Assembly: GCA_051362555.1 (NCBI GenBank)
Contig: CM120642.1
Coordinates: 21,638,001 to 21,702,000 of the forward strand
Direction of reading: 5' to 3'
Source: Lingula anatina
Lineage: Eukaryota > Animalia > Brachiopoda
Length of the DNA stretch: 64,000 bases
Each line of letters begins with the position of its first letter. Positions within the stretch are counted from its first letter, which is position 1. The notes below the pieces were generated by a model. That model did no database searches and was not told the origin of the DNA. It worked only from the letters and a program-made list of their open reading frames with translations. Below, in pieces: positions 1-12,100 of the stretch. The translations under genes were made by a program, and so were the position numbers.

Positions 1-425
1 TTGCCCATTACTTCCTCTGGATGAAAACCTTAACGCTGCCAGATACCGGGACATTCTCCAACAGAACCTGGAGCCGTTTGCAAGAGGGATATACAGACAC
101 AAATTTTGGATTGCAACATGACAACGCAACTCCCCATACAGCCCGCTAAATTAACGACTATATCTGCCAAAACAAGATTCAGCTCATGCCACAGCCAGCA
201 AGCAGCCCAGATGTATACCCAATTGGGACAAACTTGGTAGTGCTATTCAAAGGAGAAACCATCCCGATGCAAATTTAGATCAACTTCGAAATGTCCTTCA
301 AATTGAAAGTACCACAATTCCTCTCCAAAGAGCTGTGGCTCTAGTTCACATGCAGTATTCCACGCCGTCACATGCAGTATTCCGCGACCATTATCCAAGC
401 TTGCGGTGGAGCATTCCCCCTACTG
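1..425 (+). mobile_element. Degenerate Tc1/mariner transposase remnant (DDE region), truncated by window start
   Basis: Translates in broken frames to LDENLNAARYRDILQQNL..., LQHDNATPHTAR and QPASSPDVYPI, which match Tc1 DDE motifs (QDNAPxH; WPxxSPDLNPIE). Stops and frameshifts are present. Confidence 0.75.
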
Positions 426-848
426 CGATTAATAACTTTGTCTGAAGGGTTTTTATGACAATCTTCCCAAATTTCATCTTGATTGTCGATCACAATACAA
501 ATTTATGTTTAACTTTTGTTTTGTTACTGTTGAGTAAAAACATACTCATTTTGGAGGGATAAAACCTAAATAAATAAACGCTTTTCTTACATTTGCATTG
601 TTTGTTTCTCTTTCACTTTCCTAATCCTCCAGCGTCACATATTTAGCAATATAAGCGGTACAATTTTGGTAATAATAATAATTATGAAAGAAACAGGGCG
701 AAACGTATATCGAAATTTCCGTGTACCAACCATTTTGAGCAAGAGCGTATGTGTAAAATGTATACAAAATAACCTGTGAACAATAACGTGGAGTATACCA
801 ATTCCCCGAGTTCATAATAGCATGTCGTAATGTTGTTTAATTTTTCAG

Positions 849-1396
849 TTCACAGTCAAGACGTGTGGCTGCAGTGTTCAGGTTACTCTGGTTATCGTGG
901 GATTGCCAACGAAACTGCCAAGTACTGGTCTGGTATAGAGCTGGTGACAAACTCTTCTGTGAAAGGAATAAGTGATCTCCAATATGTCGACATCGAATTC
1001 GCTGGTCTTCCTAACATCGGGACGCACTCAAATGATACAGCAGCCATATCGATTAGTGGAATCCCACCTGTGCTTGATAACCTGAATATCACAAATGTCA
1101 TCGGAAATGGTGTTCTACTCAGAGATATAACTGGACATGCGGCGATCAACAATAGTAGCATTGAGAACAGCATGGGAAACGGGGTTTCCTTCAGAAGCTA
1201 TGGTGGTAACCTGGCACTGGACAATGTCCAGATTTCTAATGCCCATAAAGCAGGTTTATATTACAACAGGACATTTCCGCTGCCCTCCTATAAGATGTGT
1301 CAACTGCCGGAAACAACGGTTCCTGATGGAGAACCGCTCATAGTCAGCTTTGACAGTACTGACCTTCATCTGGGGTCAAAGTCTTCCTGTTCTCAG
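849..1396 (+). CDS. Exon: end of SRCR-like domain (HSQDVWLQC) then parallel beta-helix repeats
   Basis: tttttcag acceptor at 848, CAG|gtaggc donor at 1397. YWSGI...LQYVDIEFAG motif and N/I/G-rich beta-helix repeats are typical of bark beetle-like proteins. Confidence 0.75.
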
Positions 1397-1653
1397 GTAG
1401 GCCACTCGATACTTATTAGACCTTTACAGCTCACTGATTTGTTATATTTAAGAATTAGCTTGTTCAACGCGGAGCCTATATTGTAAAAAGAACGTTCCAC
1501 AAAAGTTTCTGGCCATACATCTTTACATTTTGAGTAAATAATCATTCAGCTCAAGCGTTGAATTATTTAAGTACATGGGTAGATTATAGTAGTTACGCAA
1601 GAGACGTTGTTTCATAAAACACGTGTTTTAATTAGCTGTGTTCCATCATATAG

Positions 1654-1924
1654 GTGTTTCGAAGTCAAAAACCAGGGTATATTTTGGCGGTGCGCGTACT
1701 ATATATAAGGGCACGTTGGTATACTCGCCGTAACGTACTGGATATATTTGATGGAAACAGTTCGTCCTCCCGGCGGCTGGAGAGAGTGTATACGTACGGT
1801 GCCGAGGTAAACATGCCGTCTCCTCTCTACACTACCGGCGGCTCAGTCTTGCTGTCATTTTCACGACTAGATATTGGCTCTAGCGAACGGTATCAAGGAA
1901 TGTTTACAGTACAGTCCGTTGCCG
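1654..1924 (+). CDS. Exon: CUB-like domain
   Basis: catatag acceptor, G|gtgagt donor; LDIFDGNSSSSRRL...TTGGSVLLSF CUB-like motif. Confidence 0.7.
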
Positions 1925-2084
1925 GTGAGTTAACATTAAATTTGAGAAAGAAAACTTTCTCTTGTCTCTTTTCAACACATACAAATGTATGCTTGAATTT
2001 TTTCATTACTAACAGATCCAAACATTTCTCAAGAATCGTGAATTGACCAATAGAGTTTATACCCTATGAAAATCTCCCTTGAAT

Positions 2085-2087
<3 letters not shown>

Positions 2088-2169
<82 letters not shown>

Positions 2170-2314
2170 AGCGTGGGTGTGGTACAGAGTGCTCAACTGT
2201 CAGGAGGTGTTTATTTGAAAACCTCAAATAAACACCTCCTGCCGATCGGGGATACCTTCTGGGTATGCCCGTGAAACTCGGAGTCGGGGTTGATACATGT
2301 CTCTTGTTATGTCA

Positions 2315-2373
<59 letters not shown>
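2088..2373. repeat. Two (TA)n microsatellites enclosing a ~150-bp insert with an 18-bp perfect hairpin (2201-2241)
   Basis: (TA)n at ~2088-2165 and ~2318-2373; CAGGAGGTGTTTATTTGA-aaacc-TCAAATAAACACCTCCTG. Confidence 0.85.
2234..2290 (+). ncRNA. Minimal type-I hammerhead ribozyme-like motif (A6C core variant)
   Basis: ACCTC-CTGCCGA-T-[CGGGGATACC ttctg GGTATGCCCG]-T-GAAA-CTCGGAG-TC-GGGGT. This gives stem I (ACCTC/GGGGT), stem II, a very short stem III and a GUC site at 2283-2285. Confidence 0.45.
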
Positions 2374-2376
<3 letters not shown>

Positions 2377-2522
2377 TGCAAATGACTAATGATTCAATTT
2401 CAGTAGGTCATGCTTGTCATAATGGCAGCATATGCAGCTAAATTTCTCATGAAAATTTTCGATATGAATTTGCTATCGTAACATAAAAGTTATCTATATA
2501 AACCGTGTATGCCTTTTTACAG

Positions 2523-4817
2523 CTTATTCAGGTCACCCTACTGGGTTATCAATGAATAGCGTCAAAGTTACAAAGTCTGGATATGGCACTTTTATCGAGA
2601 ATCAACTGCAACCAATTGGCATATCAGGGACTCGTGTGGCACATTCTTCAGAGACAGGTCTGTACGTTGGTAAAGGATCCGGTACTTTTGTGCTTCAGGA
2701 CAGCGCCTTTGTGAATAACATGAACCATGTGTACTTTGAACACATCCAGAGGAATGTTACCGTGAAGAACAGTGAACTCATTATCTCCTCTAACTATGCT
2801 TTGTCTGTTGGCACCACCCCAGTGTGGACATTATCAGATAAAGTCAGCTTCATTATTCAAAACAACACCCTGATGGATAATACATTTGGTATATCAGTGC
2901 TGCGAGCCAGACAGTGTGCCCTAACAGACAATGTGTCCGACAGTGTCTTTCACAATCAAAGCGAAACCGCCCTCAAGTTGGGGTCTGGTTCTGTATGTGG
3001 AACAAACAGACTAAGAACCATCCAAGTGAATAAGAATTATATTTCTAAAACAAAAGGAACTGCGGTTTTATTAATAGAAACTGACACCCAAATACTCAAC
3101 AACACATCCGATAATGACGTGTCCCAATGTGTTCTTTGTATTTCTGCCTCCAGTGTATTTGTGACTGGAAATAAATTTAGAAACAACAATGTAAGAACGG
3201 AAAACAAAAGACATAAGGTTGGTGCTATCATGGTCTTGATAAAATTTCCGAGTAGTTTCACATTCACAGACAATGTTTTCGAAAACCTGTTGGGCGAATA
3301 TCTACTGACCATTTGGTACGAGAATTCCGTCCTTAGAACACTAGATGTGTCACGAAATTACTGGGGAACACCAAACCCGCAAGATGTTTACTTGGGGATT
3401 ATTGATAATACAAAACGCTACACTCTGAGAACCCAGTTTCTGTACACCCAGTGTACTCTGAGAACCCAGTTTCTGTTCTATATCACGTCTGATCTCTCCA
3501 GTTTGTCCCCAGCAACTATAGAAGTGGACCCAGCCCCAACTCCCCACACACTCGGTGGCCGCATATACACCGACCTTACTCTAAAGGACACAGGTAGACC
3601 GTACACAGTGACACATGACCTGAACGTGACAGCCAACGCCACACTTACCATTGAACCAGGAGTGGTTTTAGAATTTGAAGATTCTGTGGGGATGTACATT
3701 GAAGGAAGACTTAATGTCAGTGGAACAGAGGGTAAGAAGTGCATCTTCACGGCCAGGGGAAAGTTGGCTACAACGAATGTCATATATAAATCAGATTTTG
3801 GTAAATTTTCGTTGCTTCGAGGACCCTCGCAATCATATGACGCGGCATCGTTTTATGGACTACTTTACGGAGAAGAAAACGGAGATAAATTGCCAGTTTG
3901 TTATGATTCTTCATTGAGAGGGCCGATGTTGACAACATGGTTGGACGGAGAATGCAGGCGACTTGGGTATACTTCTCTTAGGCACATGAGCTCGATTTCT
4001 GATACGGCTAAACTGGGGTTAAAACTAAATTGTGCTGGGACGGAAACAGACTTTGAAAATAATTGCTTTACAGGTATGCAAAGATACAGGTGCACTTCGT
4101 TCTTCAGAGTTGTGTGCACCAAGCATTCGCGAGAGACCACGTGGGCAGGTATACGATTAGGTCTGACGGCTCGTCCCAGCTCTATACAACATGCGGTGAT
4201 GCAGTTTGCTGGATACTTTGACTCCGGGTCACGTAGAAAAGGTCCTTCTTTACAGGTGGATTTCAACCGACATATTGTAGACAACGTGGTCATCCTTACC
4301 TCTGGGGGAGGCATTCGACAACTCTATGTAGAACAAAGTATGACTAACATGGTGATAGCAGACATAGATAACAACGCCTTTGAAACATACACACTGAGTG
4401 CAACTCTGAGGGATTCACGAAGAGAAGACATAAACTCATATGCTGTATTATTTCAATCAGGACAACCCAGTAGGACAATGACAGCGTACTTTACTCCCTA
4501 TAAAGAAGACTGCGGTGTAACATATCTGGCCAGTGAAGGCGATATGGTCCCATTCCATCAATATATAAATACGCGTACACAATGCGGTACCTTTACAACC
4601 AGGTCAGACCTCAGACTACGGGTTTTTATCATCTACCCTGGTTATCATGACTTCAAGCTCCTTTTGACAGATACAGTGAAAAACTGGACAGTAGGTCTGA
4701 ACTCGTTGGATTCCGTTATCACCACCTCTACTAACACGCTACAGTTCCTGAAGGGTTGGAGAAACAGCTGTACTTGGTGCTATGTAGATGTTAACGCAAT
4801 AGTCATGGCGGTGAAAG
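2523..4817 (+). CDS. Large exon: beta-helix (pectin-lyase-like) repeats, 'NYWG' block, 'PYTV...LTIEPGVVLEF' block, SRCR-like and CUB-like segments
   Basis: Open 766-aa ORF (2552-4852) with tttttacag acceptor at 2522 and AAG|gtaagc donor at 4818. Confidence 0.8.
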
Positions 4818-5598
4818 GTAAGCACGAGAAACTAATACGCGTAAACTTGTAATTAGATATGATAGTTGGCTCAAACGCATCGTCTAACTCAGTAATTGTG
4901 TCGTAATTTTTTTCTGTCATATATTGATATGCAGTTTACCAAGTCCAGAAACTGCACTGCGATAAAAAGCATCGCGTTTCTTGCTGCAGATAACATATTT
5001 GATAGAGAGAAAAAAAGAAACTTTCTAAGTTTTCCGGTATTAAAATGATTTTTGAAATGTATAGATATACCCCACTAGCGCTAATTGCAACTTGGTATAT
5101 TATAAAACAGCGCTATTGTTTCGAGATGGGAAAATACAATGAGAAATATTTGCTTGGCCAAAAACGCTTGGGAATGTGGAACTACATTAGATAGACATTT
5201 AGATAGACGGAGAGATAACCATACAGAACCATTAAATGGAATATCATAAATATTTAAATTATATAGCATGTTAGTCAACAATTGAGCTAAAGCAACTTAA
5301 TATATCGGCTGTAATGATATTATGTAATCATATTCATGGACATTATTTGTCTACATACATGTAAGGTGTGGTCATTTTGAGGATGACGTAAAAGCACCGG
5401 TTTTGGCGTTAAAGTGCTGTTCGTGGGTTCGTTATGTTCAATATTAATTACCTTGGCTAGGAACACAAAAATCCATATAGACTGATACACACTAAGAAGA
5501 TGAAATAATGATTAAGGAACGCAAATGAGGCGAAATAATGACATATTTAGGGGATAAAATCTATGGTGTGATCATCTAAGGATATTTGTAATTTTCAG

Positions 5599-8500
5599 AC
5601 GACCTTCCACCATACTAACCAAGTTTAACATTGGACAAGGTAATAATCAGTGGCTCCTCCACAGCAGTACACACACTGGACAAAAGAAGTGTCACCCCTA
5701 CTGAGCCAATACTATGGGGGAGATAAATGACTGTGGAATGATATGCTCCTGGTATCATTTTATTAACATCAAATTTCACAAAAAATCACAAAATGAGAAC
5801 AAAATATACATTCTACCAAAATATGCAGTTTCAAGTCCAAAATTAGTACTTAGTGGCATAGCCACGTGACCTTTTAATAGGTGCCAGTCTACGAAGCAAG
5901 GTTTCATATAATTGTCTGATGCGTTCAGGGCTTATGATGGCCCAAGCATGAAACACTGAATATAACAGAGTTTCTCTGCTGGTTAGACGGGCATTTGTCA
6001 AAAGTTTTGACATATCATTCCACACATTTTCTATTATGTTTGCATCCGGACTCTGGGCAGGCCACATCACCCTGCGAATGTCCTGTTGGTCAAACCAATC
6101 ATCAACTGCTCTGGGCCCGTGACAAGGAGCATTGTCATCCTGGTGAACAAATGGATAATTCCTGTCACCAAACATGTTAGTAATAGATGGTAGCAAGCCT
6201 GACTCTAAAACATCGATATATTTCTAGTGATTCCTGTTTCCATTAACCACTATCAATTCGCCCAAGCCATGGATGCTGATGCAGCCCCACACCATGATGA
6301 ATATGCTGCTCCGGGTTCGAAAATTCAGTGCATGTGGTTCAAATGCTTTACCAGCAGTTTGCCAGCATAGTACCCGTCTGTCATCAGAGGTCAGACCAAA
6401 GCGACACTCATCAGAAAAATATATAGGACCAATTGTCATGAACTGTCCAGTTCCAGATCCTGTTGACCCTAGTTTACTCTACGTTGCCTGTTTTGTAACG
6501 ATATAAGAGGTTTCAGTCTTGCTACCCTGCTGTACACTCTCTGAGCATGTAACCGACGCCTAGCAATTTTCACAGACACATTCTTATGTGTGAAATTGTT
6601 CCACTGTGTTGTCAACTGACAAGCAGTGTCGAACTTTGACAACCTGGACATCAAAATCAGTCGTCGGTCTTCACGGCCAGTATTTTTTCTTGGACGACCC
6701 ATCAGAGGCATTTTGTCTCTTGATCCAGTGTTTCTATACCGAGACCAGACCCTCTGCACGGTTCTAACTGAACAATTCAATTGTATCGATATTCTGACAT
6801 TGCTTATATTCCGCCTCTTCAGGTTAATAACTTCCACATATAACCGTTAGATAATTGCCTGTATCTTGCCATATTGGAGGAAGACGGGAATAACATTTGC
6901 TGTACATGTACAAGACCAACAATACAATTCAATGGTATGGCGGTTTTATACTCATTAGTCACAGTATAAGTAGACCAGGTATTATAAATACCCAAGATCT
7001 GCCTACTTTTATTACTCTGAGTTAGGGGGTGACACTTCTTTTGTCCAGTGTGTGTATATGGCCGATATCGAGGCTACACTAATGGAATACGGACTGACAG
7101 GAAACATCCAAACTACCCTGATGTGGGACAAGTGGGCGTTGATATAAAAGACTCAATTATAGTAGGAAACTAAAGATTGATGAACGCTTGGTTATCCAAA
7201 GTATCGAATGTTCCAATGGTGAATGAACTGTTACCATTATTCGCCATCTCAATCAAAAACACAACCTTAGATTCCAATGACTATGGAATTTATATAGATA
7301 ATGGCCGTGGAAATCGAGAACAGTTAACCATTGATGGGTGTAAGATCAGAAATACCAGGGAAACATTGTTACAGTACAGTGTCCGGGAAGACAACCCCAA
7401 AGATGTGGACATCCAGTTTTTGAATAACGAAATCACTGACAACAGAGGGAGTGTACTTGACATCAGTGGTGGTGCTCTACATATGACAGTATCGGGGAAT
7501 AACATCACAGACAATGAATACAGCTCTGGGTCAATGACCTTATACCGGGGATATGAAAAGACAATACAGTTTGTGAACAATGATATATTTGGTAACCATT
7601 ACAGAAAAATCATCGTCATGAATATGGAGGAATCAACCTATGATCTAAACAAAACCCCAAACGTTGGACTGGTAGGGAATATCCTTGCTAACAACACTTA
7701 TTCATACGGCAACAGCGAACGTCGGCCATCACAGCCCCCAATGTCAGCTGCACTCGTTTTAGATGGTTATGGAAATGTCTGCGTTCAAAACAACACGCTT
7801 CAAAACCCGGGCCTAGAGGCAGAGGTGTATGTCAAGACTCACTCTACAAAATGGACAGACACCATTGAAGCCAGGTACAACGTGGGGATGTGAAAATACC
7901 CATTGCGTGAGAAAACGTATATATGATGCACACAGCGACATGTATCTGCCGGAAGTGCAAGTACTTCCATTTGTGTCAAGATCGAACGAGATGGTGTTCA
8001 CTCCTGACGTCACAGAGGGACTTCCACAAGGAAACGTCCTTGGCGGGTGGCTGAACAAGTCCATCACATTAGAAGCAGCAGGTTCTCCATTCTATCTAAA
8101 AGAAGATTGGACTATTTTACCTGGTGTTGAGGTTTTCATTGAACCTGGTGTTTGGATTAAGCCAGCAAGGGACAAAGGGATCCTCGTTCTGGGACAGATA
8201 GTTGCCAGGGGAGAAAAGGGAAAAAGGGTTGCCTTTGGCTGTCAATACCAAACAGCTTATTGTTCTTATTGGCAAGGATTGGTGTTTGCATCAGATGACG
8301 TCAGTACTAGCCCTTCGGAATTGCTCTTTGTAGACGTTTTTAATGCAGGTTACAAAGGGAACACGTACGGCGCAGCTGTGCAGTCTTTCAGCCCCAGTAT
8401 AATCATACAGAACTCACGAGTGATCCAGTCCAGGTTGAACGGTATTGAACTAATTGGACCAGTAGTGAAATCAAGCATCATTAAACGAAACGAGTTCCTT

Positions 8501-8996
8501 AACAACAGAGGTGTTGGGATAAACGCTATTGTGGCTTACCCAAGAAGTGTACCACTCAATACCAGGGTCAAACGAGAATCTGCGGGATGGCCAAGTGACC
8601 TTTATGGGGTCAATGATATTTGCGAAAAAACTTCCAAAATGCTCCTTGTTAACGACAGAACTGTGGTTTATTATTCTCATGGAAAACAGCACGGAGGATG
8701 TTATTATAATTGCACGCGTGCAATACGTTCTGAACTTGGACGGAATATCACAATCCAAATTTTACAGTTTAATCTGCAACGTTTTCAACTGGAAATATTC
8801 GAAGGATCGTCTCCTCTTCTCTCAAGGCGACTTCGAATTCTTTATGCTGACCAGACAAACGATTCACTTCCTTCAGATGTTCCAATAAACAGTTCCAGTG
8901 TAACCATCCGGTTATATAGCAGTGTCAGGAGCTGGGACACGTATGGTTTGCAAAGCATGGTCTTTGGTATCAAGATCTCCAGTGACACATCCACAG
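5599..8996 (+). CDS. Disrupted exon (5599-5669 + 7057-8996): beta-helix repeats, ARYNWWG block, CUB-like domain
   Basis: Phase-1 ttttcag acceptor at 5598. The frame reads through once the Tc1 and one TA are removed (...SSTAV|YGRYRGY...). Stops at 5616 and 7171, frameshift at ~7882, donor ACAG|gtaag at 8997. Confidence 0.75.
5670..7054 (-). mobile_element. Tc1-family DNA transposon (DD34E), complete ends, degenerate transposase
   Basis: 29-bp perfect TIR CACACACTGGACAAAAGAAGTGTCACCCC (5670-5698 / 7026-7054) flanked by TA. Transposase pieces 6837->5843: HTH+GRPRK, FSDECRF, QDDNAPCH...WPAQSPDANIIENVW, with 34 aa between D and E. Confidence 0.95.
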
Positions 8997-9175
8997 GTAA
9001 GATGTACATTAACACATATACATCCTAGTAGCATGTCATTGTGGTACTTGGCACTCTTACAAAGACTTTATCGTTCTTAAAGATAATTTTTTTTTTATTT
9101 ACAGTATGTTAAAATACAAGTACACGTGTATATTTTACATGTTTCATAACCCATACTATTTGGTTTGCCTTTCAG

Positions 9176-12100
9176 GATCTATCGGCAACTTTGTCATCGA
9201 GGAAAACACTTTCTTTAACAATGGTCTAGGTGGAGTGAACATAACTACATTTGAACAGAGTAATTGGGATATAAACATCAATAAAAACATATTCCACAGA
9301 AATGGACTTTCGACTTCCAACCGAGCTGAACATTCCAAAGCAGCTATTCGGCTTAATATCGCTAACACCAGTGCTACATTGGCAAACAATTACATGGAAG
9401 GGAACCATGGTGGCATCCACGCCACGACTCACAGCGTATTCCAAAACAATAAGTTGAACATTTGGAGCAACCAGATTCTCTTTACAACTCAGATAGAGAA
9501 CATACTGGTTGCAGAAATAGAGGACGGCCCTCACACACAGCAGTGCAGTATAGATGGGAATGTGATACAGCACGGACAGGGAGATAGGTACAGTGATGTC
9601 CTCCACCTGGAGGGTGTGTCTGGAACCGTCACAAACAACTACATCTAGTTTACACATCTACATCTAGTTTTTGGGACAAGATGGCGTAGAGGTTGACACG
9701 AACTCTTGGACACGGGACATAAATTGGTCTTTCTTGACATAGACAAGTGAACCCAACGTCTGATGTGATACATACTGAACAAGTGCACATCCGTGAACGA
9801 GCTGATCGGGTGGAGAAAGTACAAATAAGGTGAATAACTGATATTTTTTAACCTTATCACATAGACAGTCTGCGCGAACGTCGCATAGTGGATGATACAT
9901 ACTGACTACATTAAATTTCACGCAGTGCTGTCAACCTTTCAGCATGTCATCCAAACACACAAAAAACACTAAGAAGGGTGAGCCTACACCCAAACGTACG
10001 CACAGCGAAGTCTCCAATACAAGTGCTGAAGAAAATAACAGCATTATCTTAGCGGAACTAGAAGAAATAAAATCTTATATGAAAGACATGATAAACAAAG
10101 ACGAACTGAAAGAACTAGTAACCACCTTAGTTACAGAAATGTTAAAAGAAATGAAAAAAGAAATGGGTTCACAAATCAACAACATGCGAGAGAAATTAGA
10201 CTTCCTGGAATTTGAAAATAAAAACCTTACAGAAAACATTGCAAGGAAAGACAAAGATTTACTTAAATTGAAAGAGGAGATAAAAGATCTCACAAAACTG
10301 AGTCTCGAGGCGGACAAACGATCAAACTACAACGAACAGTATTCTCGTAAGAACAATATTAAAATTTACGGGATAAAGGAAGAGACAAAGGAGAACACTA
10401 AGTCCGTCGTACGCGACACATTGAAGGAAGTAGCACAGATAACACTCCGGGATGATGACATTCTAGCAGTACATCGTATACCTGGGGCAAAAACACAACA
10501 ACCGAGACCTATAATTTTACGAGTGAATAACACGGAGACAAAAGCCAAAATTATGAGGTGCAGAAGGGCAATGAAAACCTCGAGGCAAAACTTGAGACTG
10601 GCAGATGACGTCACAAAAAAGAACGCGCAACTTATCCAGCGCCTCGTTAGCCACCCTGAAATTGACCAAGCATGGTACTTTAATGGGTCAGTCTATGGTC
10701 GGCCGAAAGACAGCACAAAAAGGGTGAAATTTGACCTGCACGATGATATTAATTTAAAGATAAGAAACGCTTGAGCATGAACTTTATTTCTCCCTTTTCC
10801 ATTTTCCTCTTGCTTTAATTTCGCACATAAAACCAATTGTCGCACAAAACTGAACGCTCTCCCATGTGCGTTTTCCTATATGTAGTATATTGTGTGAGTG
10901 TATGTTTGTGTTTAAATGAGGTGAGTAAGTGGATAATGGCCCTGCGTAAGACTGAGATTGTGTACGAAAGTAAAAGTGTGCACGTGATACATGTCTGTTT
11001 GTTAAGCGATGAAAAGAATGGTGAGGCTCATTGTCGTACATACATATATATCAACGAAAACGTTATGTCTGTCAATACATTAAAATGCTATTATGAGTTT
11101 TGATTTTAGTATATTATCCTTAAATGTCCGGGGGCTAAATAACTTTAAAAAAAGAAAGGGAGTATTTAGGTGGCTACATAAAAGGCCTGAAAATGTTTTC
11201 CTCCTACAAGAAACCTACAGCTCGCAGAAAGTCGAAAAATTATGGCGCGCTCAGTGGGGTGGAAAGGTTTGGTATAATCATGGTACTGGGCATAGCAAAG
11301 GGGTGATGATATTATTTAAAAATAACATAGAATATGACATTATAGACACAGTTACAGACCCGGATGGTCGTCTTCTAGGCGTGAAAATTAAAATTGGTAC
11401 GAGCACTTTTCTTATGTGTAATATATATGCCCCAAATCAAATAAATGAACAAGTTGAATTTTACAGATTTCTCTATAAAGAACTAGCTAAATATGAATCT
11501 GATTATGTAATTATAGGGGGTGACTTCAACTGCACATTGTCCAAGCTAGATAAACATGGTGGACTGTCCACACACATTAAAGATAAAGTTATACATGAAA
11601 TACAAAGTATTATGAAAAAATATCATTTAAATGACACATGGAGAAAGTTCCATGGTGCAGAAAGAAGATACACATGGAAAAACTCCGAATCAAAAATTTC
11701 CTGCAGACTAGACTACTGGATAACATCTAACGAACTTATAGAAAATTGTTTTATAGAAAAGGCGGAGATACTGTACGCACCTTACACTGATCATGATGCA
11801 ATATCTTTGTTTTTAAAGACAAAAGATGTGACAGTTAGAGGGCGAGGGTTTTGGAAACACAATAATACTTTACTAGGAGACGAAAGATATATTAACGAAA
11901 TGAAAATTGTAATTAATGAAGCAAAAAACAGATACAATTACTTAGAGGACCGTGGTTTAGCATTTGATATGATAACCATGGAAATACGGCAGTTTTCAAT
12001 AAAATTTTCAAAGCAAAAATCTAAACAACATAGAGAAAATGAAAGAGACATTTGGAAAAAAATCAACGTGCTACAAGCCGAGATAGACAATCAATTTAAT

